Of a stretch of 64,000 nt of DNA, positions 32,903 through 42,812 are shown one piece after another. This DNA is from Thermoanaerobaculia bacterium (GTDB taxonomy: Bacteria > Acidobacteriota > Thermoanaerobaculia > Multivoradales > Multivoraceae): positions 69,378 to 133,377 of the forward strand of contig JAJDUI010000012.1 in the NCBI GenBank assembly GCA_022826745.1, read 5' to 3'. The notes under the pieces were generated by a model. It did not search any database, had not been told where the DNA came from, and saw only the letters and a list, made by a program, of their open reading frames with translations. Position 1 is the first letter of the stretch; each line of letters begins with the position of its first letter. A program made the position numbers and the translations under genes.

Positions 32903-34135
32903 ATGACCACGCCTCAACCCAACGAGCAGCCCCGCCGCCAGGCCGGCGTCGGCTTCATCTTCGCCGTGATCCTGCTCGACATGCTGGGGGTCGGCCTGAT
33001 CATCCCCGTCTTCCCCGAACTCGTCGAGCAGTTCCGGGGCGGCGACACGTCCTCCGCCGCCGTTGCCGTGGGCGCGATCGCCGCCTGCTATGCCGTGGCG
33101 CAGTTCGTCTGCGCCCCGATCCTCGGCGCCCTGTCCGACCGCTTCGGCCGGCGGCGGATCCTGCTGCTGTCCATGTTCGGCCTTGGCGTGGACTACCTGG
33201 TCATGGGTTTCGCGCCATCGCTCGGCTGGCTGTTCGCTGGCCGGATCGTCGCCGGCGTGATGGGCGCCAGCATCACGACGGCGAACGCCTACATCGCCGA
33301 CATCTCGACGCCCGAGACGCGGGCCCGGAACTACGGGCTCGTCAACGTCGCCTTCGGCGTCGGCTTCATCCTCGGACCAATCTTCGGCGGCCTGCTCGGC
33401 GGCATCGACCTGCGGCTGCCCTTCTTCGTCGCGGCCGGCCTGTGCCTCCTGAACTCGCTCTACGGCTTTCTCGTGCTGCCGGAGTCCCTGGCGCCGGAGA
33501 ACCGGAACGCCTTCTCGCTCCGCAACGCGAATCCGGCGTCGAGCATCGCACATCTCCGCACCTACCCCCTGGTCGCCAGCCTGGCCGTCGCCTTCCTGCT
33601 GATGGCGCTCGCGCAACGCGGCCTCGAAACCTCCTGGGTGCTCTACACGGGCTATCGCTACGGCTGGAACGAGTTCCAGAACGGCCTCGCGCTGGCGGCC
33701 GTCGGCGTCGCCGCGGCCCTGGTCCAGGGCTTCCTGGTGCGACCCGCGGTCACCTGGCTGGGCGAGCGCCGGGCTGTGCTCGTCGGCTTCGGCATCGGCA
33801 CGCTGGCCTTCGCCGGCTACGGCCTCGCGCCGAACGGCCCGGTCCTCGTCGCGGTGATCTTCGCCGGATCGCTCGGCGGCATCGCCGGGCCGGCGGTCCA
33901 GGCGATCATCGCGGGCACCGTGGCGCCGACCGAGCAGGGGAAGATCCAGGGGGCGCTCACGTCGCTGATGAGCCTGTCGGCGATCGCGGCGCCGCTCGTC
34001 TTCACCAGCGGCGTGTTCAGCTACTTCACCTCCGACGCCGCCCCGTTCGAGCTGCCCGGCGCGCCCCTCCTGGGCGGATCGCTGCTGATGGCCGTAGCCA
34101 TGCTGCTGCTGGTCCGCGCGTTCCGGCGACACTGA
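32903..34135 (+). CDS. MFS transporter (TetA/drug:H+ antiporter-like)
   Basis: ATG at 32903 ('MTTPQPNEQPRRQAGVGFIFAVILLDMLGVGLIIPVFP'), MFS motif A 'GALSDRFGRRRILL', and about 12 TM segments. Confidence 0.85.
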   Translation: MTTPQPNEQPRRQAGVGFIFAVILLDMLGVGLIIPVFPELVEQFRGGDTSSAAVAVGAIAACYAVAQFVCAPILGALSDRFGRRRILLLSMFGLGVDYLVMGFAPSLGWLFAGRIVAGVMGASITTANAYIADISTPETRARNYGLVNVAFGVGFILGPIFGGLLGGIDLRLPFFVAAGLCLLNSLYGFLVLPESLAPENRNAFSLRNANPASSIAHLRTYPLVASLAVAFLLMALAQRGLETSWVLYTGYRYGWNEFQNGLALAAVGVAAALVQGFLVRPAVTWLGERRAVLVGFGIGTLAFAGYGLAPNGPVLVAVIFAGSLGGIAGPAVQAIIAGTVAPTEQGKIQGALTSLMSLSAIAAPLVFTSGVFSYFTSDAAPFELPGAPLLGGSLLMAVAMLLLVRAFRRH

Positions 34136-34196
34136 CGACTCAGGCACCCGCCAACCAGCCGGCGCAGGTAGAATCGGCCGCTCAAGGAGGTCCACG

Positions 34197-35024
34197 ATGC
34201 CGTTCGACAACTCGTCGCTTCCCATTCGACTCTTCACCGCTTCCCACGAGCGTTCGTGGAACCCCGCCGACATCGACTTCTCGCAGGAGCGCGCCGACTG
34301 GCTGTCGTTCTCGGACGACGAGCGGAACCTGCTGATCCGCCTCGTCTCCGGCTTCCGGGTCGGCGAGCGCGGCGTGACCCACGAACTCGCGCCGCTCCAG
34401 TTCCGCTTCCGCCAGGACGGCCGGCTGGAAGACGAGATGTACGTCACCGCGCAGATGTACGAGGAGGCTCGGCACGTCCAGTTCTTCGAGACCTGGCTGA
34501 TCGAGGCGCTGCCGGGCCGGTTCGGGGTCGACATCCCGTATCCCGACCTCCACGGCGACATGTTCGCCACCCGCCTGCCGGCGGTGATGCGTGCCCTGTT
34601 CACGGACGACAGCCCCGAGGCGCTGCTTCGCGCCGTCATGCTGTACCACTTCTACGTCGAAGGCGTCGGCGCCGAGGCCAGCTATCCGATCTACTACAAG
34701 ATCTTCGAGCGGACCGGCAAACTGCCCGCCCTCAACCGCGGCATCCGCCTGATCCAGCGCGACGAGGCGCGCCACATCGGGTTCGGCGTGTACGTTCTGC
34801 AGAGGCTGCTCGCGGAGCACCCGCGCCTGACCGACCAGTTCGAGGCGCAGGTCGAGGCGATGCGCCCGTTCGCGGAGGACGGCCCGAACCAGACCTTCGC
34901 CGGCTTCGAGCCGGGCAAGGCGCCGTTCGGTCTCGACTACGACGAGTACCGGCAGCTCTACCTCGACAAGCTGGAAGAGATGCGGCAGAGCATCTACGAC
35001 GGCCGGCTCGCGGCCGCGGTGTAG
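34197..35024 (+). CDS. R2-like ligand-binding oxidase (ferritin-like di-metal carboxylate protein)
   Basis: 275-aa ORF with SD AAGGAGG. The metal ligand motifs 'MYEEARH', 'YVEGVGAEASY' and 'IQRDEARHIGFG' match ribonucleotide reductase R2-like proteins. Confidence 0.75.
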   Translation: MPFDNSSLPIRLFTASHERSWNPADIDFSQERADWLSFSDDERNLLIRLVSGFRVGERGVTHELAPLQFRFRQDGRLEDEMYVTAQMYEEARHVQFFETWLIEALPGRFGVDIPYPDLHGDMFATRLPAVMRALFTDDSPEALLRAVMLYHFYVEGVGAEASYPIYYKIFERTGKLPALNRGIRLIQRDEARHIGFGVYVLQRLLAEHPRLTDQFEAQVEAMRPFAEDGPNQTFAGFEPGKAPFGLDYDEYRQLYLDKLEEMRQSIYDGRLAAAV

Positions 35025-35051
35025 GAGCTTGCGTTCCGCGGAGGCGACATC

Positions 35052-36404
35052 GTGAAGGCAGCGAGACTGCTCACCGTAATCGTGGCCCTGGTGCCGACCG
35101 TGGCGCCTCTCCCCGCGCAGCCACGGGCCGATCACGTCGTGCTCGTCTCGGTCGACGGCCTCCGACCGGACTTCTACCTGCCCGGCTCGACTTGGCCGGC
35201 CACGAACATGCAGCAGATGGCCCGCGACGGAGCCCACGCCGAGGGCGTGCGCGGAGTGTTTCCCACTGTCACCTACCCGTCGCACACGACAATCGTCACC
35301 GGCGCGCTGCCGGCACGCCACGGCGTCTACTACAACCGGCCGTTCGAACCGGAGGGACAGACCGGCGAGTGGTACTGGTTCGAGTCCTCGATTCAGGTCG
35401 ACACGCTCTGGGACGCGGTGCGCGCCGCGGGCAAGCAGACCGCCGCGATCTCGTGGCCCGTCACCGTCGGCGCTCCGATCGACCGCTTCGTGCCTGAGAC
35501 GTACTCCCTCGACCCGAACAGCGACCGCCTCGCCCCGATGCGCGAGGGCACGACTCCCGGCCTGTGGCAGGAACTCGAGCGGGAGGCCACCGGCCGGCTC
35601 AGCCTGCGCAACTACGGCTCCGCCTACCTCACCCGCGACGACACGACCGGCGCCATGGCCGCATACGTCCTGGAGACCCACCGGCCGGCTCTGATCGCGC
35701 TCCACCTGATCACGACCGATTCAGCCCAGCACGCCCATGGGCGGGAGTCGGATCGCGCCCGGCGCGCCGTCGCCGCCGCCGACCGGGCGATCGGCGCCGT
35801 CCGCGACGCCGCGGACAGGGCCGACATCCTCGAACGTACGGCCTTCGTCGTCACCGGCGACCACGGCTTCGTGGACCTTCACACCCAGCTCATGCCCAAC
35901 GTCTGGCTGGCCGAAGCCGGGCTGCACGGTACCGAACCCGATCGTGGCGAGTGGCGGGCCACCTTCCACCCGACGGGCGGAGCGACCTTTCTGCACCTGC
36001 GCGACGAGGCCGACGCCGAAGCTCTGAACGCCGTCCGGGACATCCTGGCCGACCTGCCCGAGACGGTACGCCGCCTGTTCCGCGTCGTCGAACGCGACGC
36101 ACTCGACCAGGCCGGCGCCGCCCCCGAGGCCCGCCTCGCCCTCGCCGGAAACCTCGGCGTCAGCTTCGGGTCAGACGCCTCCGGAGAGGCCATCCGACCC
36201 ACCGACGGCGGCGCGCACGGCCACTTCCCGACCGACTTCCCGGAGATCCTCACCGGCTTCGTCGGCTGGGGTTCGGGCTTCGAAGCCGGCCGTACCGTCC
36301 ACCGGATGGAGCTGACCGACATCGCCGACCTCGTCGCGATGCTGCTCGACGTCGACTTCGAGAGTCCGGACGGGGCGCCGCCGCTGGGTGTTCTGACCCG
36401 CTGA
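35052..36404 (+). CDS. ectonucleotide pyrophosphatase/phosphodiesterase (NPP, alkaline-phosphatase superfamily), secreted
   Basis: GTG start and a signal peptide. 'VLVSVDGLRPDF' and the nucleophile motif 'FPTVTYPSHTTIVTG' are present. Confidence 0.8.
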   Translation: MKAARLLTVIVALVPTVAPLPAQPRADHVVLVSVDGLRPDFYLPGSTWPATNMQQMARDGAHAEGVRGVFPTVTYPSHTTIVTGALPARHGVYYNRPFEPEGQTGEWYWFESSIQVDTLWDAVRAAGKQTAAISWPVTVGAPIDRFVPETYSLDPNSDRLAPMREGTTPGLWQELEREATGRLSLRNYGSAYLTRDDTTGAMAAYVLETHRPALIALHLITTDSAQHAHGRESDRARRAVAAADRAIGAVRDAADRADILERTAFVVTGDHGFVDLHTQLMPNVWLAEAGLHGTEPDRGEWRATFHPTGGATFLHLRDEADAEALNAVRDILADLPETVRRLFRVVERDALDQAGAAPEARLALAGNLGVSFGSDASGEAIRPTDGGAHGHFPTDFPEILTGFVGWGSGFEAGRTVHRMELTDIADLVAMLLDVDFESPDGAPPLGVLTR

Positions 36405-36417
36405 GCGACTCGATCCG

Positions 36418-38640
36418 CTATGCCGTGAGCCCGCGGTACACCTTCGGCAACTGGCTCGGCAAGGCGGCGATCTCGTCGATGACGAGGTAGCGGCGTTCGG
36501 GGCACATCTCGCGCAGGTAGTCGTGGCCGGCGGGGTCGACGGTGATGCAGAAGGTGGAGATGCCCTGGCGTTCCGTCTCCCGGAGCGCGACCATCGTGTC
36601 GCGGATGCCGTAGACGCGGGAGGCGCGGTCGCTGCCGTAATCGAAGTCCTGGGGGTAGCCGTCCGAGAGGATGAGCAGGACCTTGACCTTCGCCTCGCGC
36701 TCGGCGAGCCTGGCGGCGGCATGGCGGATCGCCGGTCCCATCCGGGTGCTGCGCTTCGGCTCCATCGCCGCGATCCGGTCTTCGGCCTCCCGGTCGAGGT
36801 CGTCGTCGAACTCCTTGGCGACGAAGAACTCGACCTCCTTGCGGCCGAAGCCGGAGAAACCGTAGATCGCGTAGTCGTCGCCCAGGGTCTCGAGCGCGTC
36901 GGCCATCAGAACCAGGGACTCCTTCTCGATGTCGATCACCCGGCGGCCCGGCGGCAACGGCTGAGGATTGTCGGGCCAGTCGAAGTCGTCGAAGACACCG
37001 ACGTACTCGGGTTCCGGCGTCTTGCCCGCGGGCGCCTCGGGCTCGTCCACCGGCGCCTCCGCGTCGGTCGAGGCGCTCATGTCGAGCAGAAAGGCGGCGG
37101 CCACGTCCCGGTGCTGGCGGCGGCGGCTCATGTACACGGCGCCATCCGGCGGCCGGCCGGCGCGGCGGTCGACGTGGGTCTCGACCACCCGGTCGAGGTC
37201 GAGCTCCTCTCCCTCGATCAGCCGCCGCATCCGCCGGAACTCCTCCGGCTTGAGCAACTCGAACTGCTTCCTGACCCGCCGCAGCAGATCGGCGTGGAGG
37301 CGTCGCGTCTCGTCGACGAACCGGTCTGCCGAAGCCGTTGTGCCGTTCGGGGACGCACCGGGCGGCTCGATCGGTTTCTCCCGCAAGTGGCACCAGCGCC
37401 GGCGGTAGCCGGCCAGTTCGTGGTCCCACTCGTCGTAGTAGTAGACCTGCTCCCGGTCGAGCCCGGCCTCCGCCAGCTCCCGCTCCAGCCGCTTCGACAG
37501 TTCCTCGAGGCGGGCCGCCAGCTCCTCGGGATCGAGTTCGATCGGCGTTCCCTCCTCGTCACTCCCTTCGGCCTCGATCGCACCCGTGACGTCGAGGTCG
37601 GTCAGCGGCAGGCCGGCGGTGCCCGAGAGGTCGCCGTCCTGCAGGCTGAGCACGCCCAGCTCGTCGACCTGCAACTGCTCCATCAGGCCGGCGGCGATCG
37701 GGCCCGGTTCCACGTCGTCCCGCACTTCGACTTCGGATGCGAGCTCCTGCCACTCACGGCGCAGCTCGACGCGTTCAGGCGCCGGGTCGCCGTGGTGTGC
37801 GGGGGCAGGCACGTCGAGGGATTGGGCTTCGGTTACGGGATCCGGGTCGGCGCCGCGATCCCGCGGCCGGTCATCGTCGGCGGCGGCCTCGGGGCCGGCA
37901 GGGCCGAGAGTCGAGCGCAGGGCGGCGAACGCGGGATAGAGCGCCCGGACCGCGCGCAGAGTGTGCTCGACGGTGGCGCCGGGGTTCAGCAGCGTCGCCG
38001 CTTCGCCGGAATGCCGGCCAGAGGGCCGGCGCACCGACAGCCGGCTTGCCGTATCGGCACTGTCCCCGCCCGCCAGCAGTCGGGACCGCTGCTCGAGCAG
38101 GAGTGCACGCGCCAGGTCGAACAGGGCCGCTTCCCGCGGCTGCCGGCGCCCAGCCGGCCGTTGCGGCGGGCCCAGCGACGAATCGAGCGCATCGTCGATC
38201 AGCCGCAGCAGATCGCGGCCCACCCCCCGGAACACGCGCGCGAGAGCAGCGTCGATGCGCGCACCCTCGAGCCGCGCGAACAGCGCACGAGCGAGGCCCG
38301 GCTCGTCGAAAGCGGCAAAGAAGTCGGCGAACCGGACCGGACCGCGGCGATAGGTGCCGAACAGCACGCCGCCCAACTGGTGCAGCACCGCCATCCGGTA
38401 GACCATGAAGTTGCCATGGCTGTCCGGCAACCGGTCCATCCGCTCCGGCAGGTAGAAAGCCGCGCCGTCCGTGGTCGGCCGGCCCGCGGCCGCCGCGCCT
38501 TCCAGGTCGAGATGCCCCGCTCGCGACCTGTCCCCGGCTTCAAGATCGGCGAGCGGCCGGACCTCGGCCGGACGCGCCAGCATCGCCTCGACGTAGATCT
38601 CGAGGACGCGGGCGACGTCGTCGAGGGCGACCGCGGTCAA
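36418..38640 (-). CDS. CbbO/NorD-like VWA-domain protein
   Basis: 740-aa ORF with a TTG start overlapping the upstream stop (TTGA). The C-terminal VWA domain has the MIDAS motif '[10 protein letters not shown]'. The long N-terminal region is typical of CbbO/NorD partners of CbbQ/NorQ ATPases. Confidence 0.75.
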   Translation of the reverse strand: MTAVALDDVARVLEIYVEAMLARPAEVRPLADLEAGDRSRAGHLDLEGAAAAGRPTTDGAAFYLPERMDRLPDSHGNFMVYRMAVLHQLGGVLFGTYRRGPVRFADFFAAFDEPGLARALFARLEGARIDAALARVFRGVGRDLLRLIDDALDSSLGPPQRPAGRRQPREAALFDLARALLLEQRSRLLAGGDSADTASRLSVRRPSGRHSGEAATLLNPGATVEHTLRAVRALYPAFAALRSTLGPAGPEAAADDDRPRDRGADPDPVTEAQSLDVPAPAHHGDPAPERVELRREWQELASEVEVRDDVEPGPIAAGLMEQLQVDELGVLSLQDGDLSGTAGLPLTDLDVTGAIEAEGSDEEGTPIELDPEELAARLEELSKRLERELAEAGLDREQVYYYDEWDHELAGYRRRWCHLREKPIEPPGASPNGTTASADRFVDETRRLHADLLRRVRKQFELLKPEEFRRMRRLIEGEELDLDRVVETHVDRRAGRPPDGAVYMSRRRQHRDVAAAFLLDMSASTDAEAPVDEPEAPAGKTPEPEYVGVFDDFDWPDNPQPLPPGRRVIDIEKESLVLMADALETLGDDYAIYGFSGFGRKEVEFFVAKEFDDDLDREAEDRIAAMEPKRSTRMGPAIRHAAARLAEREAKVKVLLILSDGYPQDFDYGSDRASRVYGIRDTMVALRETERQGISTFCITVDPAGHDYLREMCPERRYLVIDEIAALPSQLPKVYRGLTA

Positions 38641-39488
38641 GGCAGCAGCGTCGACGCCACCTCGGTCACCGCGCGCTGGACCTCGTCGTCGTCGGTGATC
38701 GCCCGGCAGATCGCGGCGACGCAGGCTTCGCGCACGCCGATGCCGCCGGCGATCAACTGCGCCGTGTAGATGAGCAGGCGGGTGCTGACGCCCTCGTCGA
38801 AGCCGCGGTGATGCAAGTTGCGAATGCGCTTGCCGAGTTCGGCCAGGTCGCGGGCCAGCGTCACGTCGATGTCCGCCTCGTGGGCGATGATCTCGGCTTC
38901 GATCTCCGGCGGCGGATAGTCGAACTCGAGCGCCACGAAGCGCTGGCGCGTGCTCGGCTTCAGGTCCTTGGCGACGCTCTGGTAACCCGGGTTGTACGAC
39001 AGAACGAGCAGGAAGTCCGGGTGCGCGGGCAGGATCTCGCCGCGCTTCTCGATCGGCAGGATGCGGCGATGGTCAGTCAGCGCGTGGATCAGGACTGTCG
39101 TGTCCTTGCGCGCCTCGACGATCTCGTCCAGGTAGCAGATCGATCCGTCGCGCACGGCCCGGGTCAGCGGACCGTCCATCCACACGGTGTCGTCGCCTTC
39201 GAGCAGGTAGCGGCCGACCAGGTCCGTCGCGGTCAGATCCTCGTGGCAGGCGACGGTGACGAGCGGCGTCTCGATGCCCGCGCGCGTGCCTGCGTCTCCT
39301 CCACGGTAGAGGCGTTGCGTCATGTGCTCCAGGAACCGGGTCTTGCCGCAGCCCGTCGGCCCCTTGAGCAGCACCGGCATGCGCGCCCGGTGCGCGGCGA
39401 GGAACAACTCCACCTCGTCGCCGACCGGCAGGTAGTAGGGCGCCTCCGGCTCGGGCCGCGGCGGCGCCGCTTGCAGAGGCTGAGTCAT
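38637..39488 (-). CDS. CbbQ/NirQ/NorQ-family MoxR-like AAA+ ATPase
   Basis: 283-aa ORF with Walker A 'GPTGCGKTR', Walker B '[10 protein letters not shown]', and '[10 protein letters not shown]...KPSTRQRF' characteristic of the CbbQ/NorQ group. Confidence 0.85.
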   Translation of the reverse strand: MTQPLQAAPPRPEPEAPYYLPVGDEVELFLAAHRARMPVLLKGPTGCGKTRFLEHMTQRLYRGGDAGTRAGIETPLVTVACHEDLTATDLVGRYLLEGDDTVWMDGPLTRAVRDGSICYLDEIVEARKDTTVLIHALTDHRRILPIEKRGEILPAHPDFLLVLSYNPGYQSVAKDLKPSTRQRFVALEFDYPPPEIEAEIIAHEADIDVTLARDLAELGKRIRNLHHRGFDEGVSTRLLIYTAQLIAGGIGVREACVAAICRAITDDDEVQRAVTEVASTLLP

Positions 39489-39507
39489 GTGCCGCAGAGG
39501 TGGAGAA

Positions 39508-39789
39508 TCACGAGTGGTCGATCGCCCGAGCGAGCGCGAAGTCCTTCTCCGTCACGCCGCCGGCCGAATGAGTGCTGAGCGTCAGCCGGACCCGGTTGTA
39601 GCGAACATCGATGTCCGGGTGGTGATCCGCCGCCTCGGCCAACTCCGCAACGAAGTCGACGAAGCGCACCGCCGCCGGAAAAGTCGGAAACTGGTACTCC
39701 CTCGAAATCGACGGAGCCTCCAGATCGGCCTCCCAACCGTTCAACTCACCGCACGCGCTCCGAATCTCGTCCGCCGTCATCGCCGCCAT
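39508..39789 (-). CDS. phhB: pterin-4-alpha-carbinolamine dehydratase (PCD/DCoH)
   Basis: 93-aa ORF with '[41 protein letters not shown]', the PCD signature with HHP. Confidence 0.85.
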   Translation of the reverse strand: MAAMTADEIRSACGELNGWEADLEAPSISREYQFPTFPAAVRFVDFVAELAEAADHHPDIDVRYNRVRLTLSTHSAGGVTEKDFALARAIDHS

Positions 39790-39823
39790 TGCCGGTTACC
39801 TCCGCCGCGCGACCCTAGCAGCC

Positions 39824-39847
39824 GCCGGCCAGAAGGCCGGCGCACCG
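39824..39847. repeat. 24-nt palindrome-containing element, copy 1
   Basis: GCCGGCCAGAAGGCCGGCGCACCG is identical to 45412-45435. It contains a perfect 7-bp stem GCCGGCC/GGCCGGC with an AGAA loop, and lies in the divergent intergenic region 39790-39878. Confidence 0.7.
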
Positions 39848-39878
39848 GCACTCTCCGCAGTGGTACTGTCGGCGGCCT

Positions 39879-41090
39879 ATGAAATTCGGCATCTTCTACG
39901 AGCATCAGCTACCGAAGCCGTGGGGGCCGGACTCGGAGCACCGGTTGCTTCAGAACTCGCTGGAGCAGATCGAACTCGCGGACCGGCTCGGGTACGACTA
40001 CGCCTGGGAGGTGGAGCACCACTTCCTGGAGGAGTACTCCCACAGTTCGGCGCCAGAAGTGTTCCTGGCGGCCGCGTCGCAGCGGACGAAGAACATCCGC
40101 CTCGGCCACGGCATCGTCCAGTTGACGACGAACCACCCGGCGAGGGTAGCGGAGCGCGTCTCCACCCTCGACCTGGTCTCGAACGGCCGCGTCGAGCTCG
40201 GCCTCGGCGAAGGCTCGAGCGTCACCGAACTCCATCCCTTCGGCCGCAGCTTCCGCGACAAGCGGATCGTCTGGGAGGAGGCGGTCCAGGCCTGCCTGCC
40301 GATGTTCTGGAACGAAGGCTGGGAGTACCACGGCCACTACTTCGACTTCCCACTTCGCAACGTGATCCCGAAGCCGCTGCAGCGGCCTCACCCGCCGCTC
40401 TGGGTCGCCTGTTCGCAACTCGACACGATCCGCTACGCCGCCCACCGCGGCATGGGCGCTCTGTGCTTCAAGTTCGCCGACCTCGACTCCGCCCGGGCCT
40501 GGGTCAACGCGTACTACAACACGTTCACGCAGGACCAGCGCAAGCTCTGCGACTACCAGACGAACCCGAACCTGGCCACGGTCAGCGGCTTCATGTGCGC
40601 GCCGACCGACGAAGAGGCGCAACAGAAGGCCGACGGCTGGACCTTCTTCCAGTTCGCTCTCCAGCTCTACAACAAGGAAGGGCCGTTCGAGCCCAAGTCG
40701 AACAACTTCTGGGAGCGCTACCAGGAGTGGAAGCAGACCCCCGAGGGCCGGCGTCGCTCCGACAGCGAGCTGATCGGCTCCCCGGAGACGATCCGCGAGC
40801 GCCTGCGGGAACTGGAACGGGCCCGCGTCGACCAGGTCATCCTGCTCAACCAGGCCGGCAAGAACACGCACGAGGACATCATGAGCAGCCTGGAGCTGTT
40901 CGCCCGCGAGGTCATGCCCGAGTTCAAAGAGCGCGAGGACGAACAGCAGGAATGGAAGCGGGCGGTTCTCTCCGGCGAGCAGAGGCTCGACGAGATCGAC
41001 ACGGAGCCGTTCAACGTGACCGCCCGCCTGAAGCCCACCCTGCCGCCGTCTGAAGAGGCGCTGGCCGCGGCCCGGAAGTGGGCCAGCTAG
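39879..41090 (+). CDS. LLM-class (luciferase-like) flavin-dependent oxidoreductase
   Basis: 403-aa ORF with 'MKFGIFYEHQLPKP', 'YDYAWEVEHHF' and 'RLGHGIVQLTTNHPARVAERVSTLDLVSNGRVELGLGEG'. Confidence 0.85.
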   Translation: MKFGIFYEHQLPKPWGPDSEHRLLQNSLEQIELADRLGYDYAWEVEHHFLEEYSHSSAPEVFLAAASQRTKNIRLGHGIVQLTTNHPARVAERVSTLDLVSNGRVELGLGEGSSVTELHPFGRSFRDKRIVWEEAVQACLPMFWNEGWEYHGHYFDFPLRNVIPKPLQRPHPPLWVACSQLDTIRYAAHRGMGALCFKFADLDSARAWVNAYYNTFTQDQRKLCDYQTNPNLATVSGFMCAPTDEEAQQKADGWTFFQFALQLYNKEGPFEPKSNNFWERYQEWKQTPEGRRRSDSELIGSPETIRERLRELERARVDQVILLNQAGKNTHEDIMSSLELFAREVMPEFKEREDEQQEWKRAVLSGEQRLDEIDTEPFNVTARLKPTLPPSEEALAAARKWAS

Positions 41091-41173
41091 CTCATCCACC
41101 GGCGACCGCAACCGAATCATCACTTCTGCGTAGTCAAGTACGACAGCACGCAACCCAACACAGGAGACTCTTC

Positions 41174-41956
41174 ATGTCCCTTCTCTTCCAGCGCCGCCGG
41201 CCTGTCTCGCTAGCCGGCTGCACCCTGCTCCTGGCAGCCGCGTTCTCCGCCGCGCCGCTCCTCGCCGACGATGAACTGCCGTCGCCCGAGGAGATCGTCG
41301 CCCGCTACATCGAGGCCCTCGGCGGCGAGGAAGCGATACGCGCGCACACGTCGAGGACGATCAAGGGCACGTTCGAGATCCCGGCCATGGGCGCGTCGGG
41401 CCCGTCGTCGGTCTACGCGATCGCGCCCGACAAGATAATCATCAAGAGCGAGATGCCGGGCTTCGGCGAGAACGTCCAGGCTTACAACGGGGAGATCGGC
41501 TGGATCGACAACCCGATGGCGGGCGCACAGATACTGGAAGGCGAGATGCTGGACCAAATGAAGCGTCAGGCTCGTTTCTACGCGGACCTGGAGCGCGCCG
41601 ACCTCTTCCCTCAACAGACGACGGCCGGAGAGACCGAGTGGAACGGTGAAGCCGCGTACAAACTCGATGTCGTCGATGTCGACGGCAACGAACTCGCCCA
41701 GTACTTCGCCAGGGAGACCGGCCTCCTGGTCGGTGCGGAGGGAACACAGACGACGGACATGGGGCCGATGGACGTGACGATCACGATCGGCGACTACAAG
41801 GAGTTCGGCGGAGTGCTGATCGCCACGTCGACCTCGACCAACCTCGTCTCGGCGGGCATGGGGTTCATCCAGACCGTCGACTCCGTCACCTACGACGACG
41901 TCGACCCGAGCGTCTTCGAGCCCTCCGACGCGATCAAGGCGCTGCTGCCGGAGTAG
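41174..41956 (+). CDS. secreted LolA-like / outer-membrane lipoprotein-sorting-fold protein (paralogue 1)
   Basis: ATG at 41174 ('MSLLFQRRRPVSLAGCTLLLAAAFSAAPLLA'). It is colinear with 42000-42812, sharing 'IARYIEA.GGE.AIRAHTS.TIKG.FE.PAMG...GETEWNG...DSVT.DDV.PSVFEPSDAIKALL'. The fold assignment is tentative. Confidence 0.55.
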   Translation: MSLLFQRRRPVSLAGCTLLLAAAFSAAPLLADDELPSPEEIVARYIEALGGEEAIRAHTSRTIKGTFEIPAMGASGPSSVYAIAPDKIIIKSEMPGFGENVQAYNGEIGWIDNPMAGAQILEGEMLDQMKRQARFYADLERADLFPQQTTAGETEWNGEAAYKLDVVDVDGNELAQYFARETGLLVGAEGTQTTDMGPMDVTITIGDYKEFGGVLIATSTSTNLVSAGMGFIQTVDSVTYDDVDPSVFEPSDAIKALLPE

Positions 41957-41999
41957 ACCTGCCGCTCACGAGCACACACAACGAACTCAGGAGACCTCC

Positions 42000-42812
42000 A
42001 TGTCCTTCAAGTCCACCAGCCACAAGGCCCTGCTGGCGCTCGCCTGCTGCGGCCTGATTCTCGGCGCCTGCGCCGCCTACGAAGCCGGAGAAGCCCCGGC
42101 CGCGGCCGCGCCAGAACCTCCCCCACCGCCAGAGCTGACGGAAGAGCAGAAGATCATCGCCCGCTACATCGAGGCGAGCGGCGGCGAGGACGCAATCCGC
42201 GCTCACACCTCGATGACGATCAAGGGCGGGTTCGAGATGCCGGCGATGGGCATGTCCGGAGACGCCACGACGTACTCGCTGGCGCCCGACAAGACCCTGG
42301 CCCTGATCAGCCTTCCCGGTATGGGCGAGATCGTCACTGGCACGAATGGAGACGTCGCCTGGGCCGAGGACCCGATGCAGGGACCGCGGTTGCTGGATGG
42401 CCAAATGCTCGCCGATGCCAGGCGCCAGGCCCGCTTCTACGTCCAGCTGGAATACGACGATCTGTACCCGGAGCAGAAAGCGGCCGGAGAGACCGAATGG
42501 AACGGCCAGACCGTCCACCAGCTCGACCTGGTCGACACCGACGGCAACGAGTCTTCGCACTACTTCGCCGCGGACACGGGCCTCCTGATCGGCATCGAGG
42601 CAACGCAGACGAACGAAATGGGAACGATGGACGTGGCGATCACGATGAGCGACTTCAAGGAGTTCGGTGGCATCCTGGTTCCCACCTCCACCCTGATGAG
42701 CATGCCCAGCATGGGGATGGAGTTCACCCAGACCGTCGACTCCGTGACCTTCGACGACGTCGAGCCGAGCGTCTTCGAGCCCTCCGACGCGATCAAGGCG
42801 CTGCTGGAGTAG
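42000..42812 (+). CDS. LolA-like lipoprotein (paralogue 2)
   Basis: 270-aa ORF with the lipobox 'LILGAC'. It is a tandem paralogue of 41174-41956. Confidence 0.55.
   Translation: MSFKSTSHKALLALACCGLILGACAAYEAGEAPAAAAPEPPPPPELTEEQKIIARYIEASGGEDAIRAHTSMTIKGGFEMPAMGMSGDATTYSLAPDKTLALISLPGMGEIVTGTNGDVAWAEDPMQGPRLLDGQMLADARRQARFYVQLEYDDLYPEQKAAGETEWNGQTVHQLDLVDTDGNESSHYFAADTGLLIGIEATQTNEMGTMDVAITMSDFKEFGGILVPTSTLMSMPSMGMEFTQTVDSVTFDDVEPSVFEPSDAIKALLE

Noticed and set aside
32276-34639. The N-terminal parts of track ORFs 32276..34639(-), 45508..48135(+), 53949..56045(+), 58386..60794(-), 30403..31008(+) and 7495..9240(-), taken as single long genes.
   Set aside because: Only the distal parts carry protein-like sequence; these are the lipoprotein, amidase, TrkA, PhoD-like protein, peptide 2 and the hydrolase. 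The upstream parts overlap other real genes in another frame or strand, and better internal starts exist with RBS or stop-start overlaps.
36418-39488. Interpreting the CbbQ/CbbO-like pair as evidence for a Calvin-cycle RuBisCO activase, or as a MoxR-VWA conflict/defence system.
   Set aside because: No RuBisCO, carboxysome, NOR or defence-type effector genes are adjacent. The family motifs fit the CbbQ/NorQ chaperone group, and the client cannot be named from this window.
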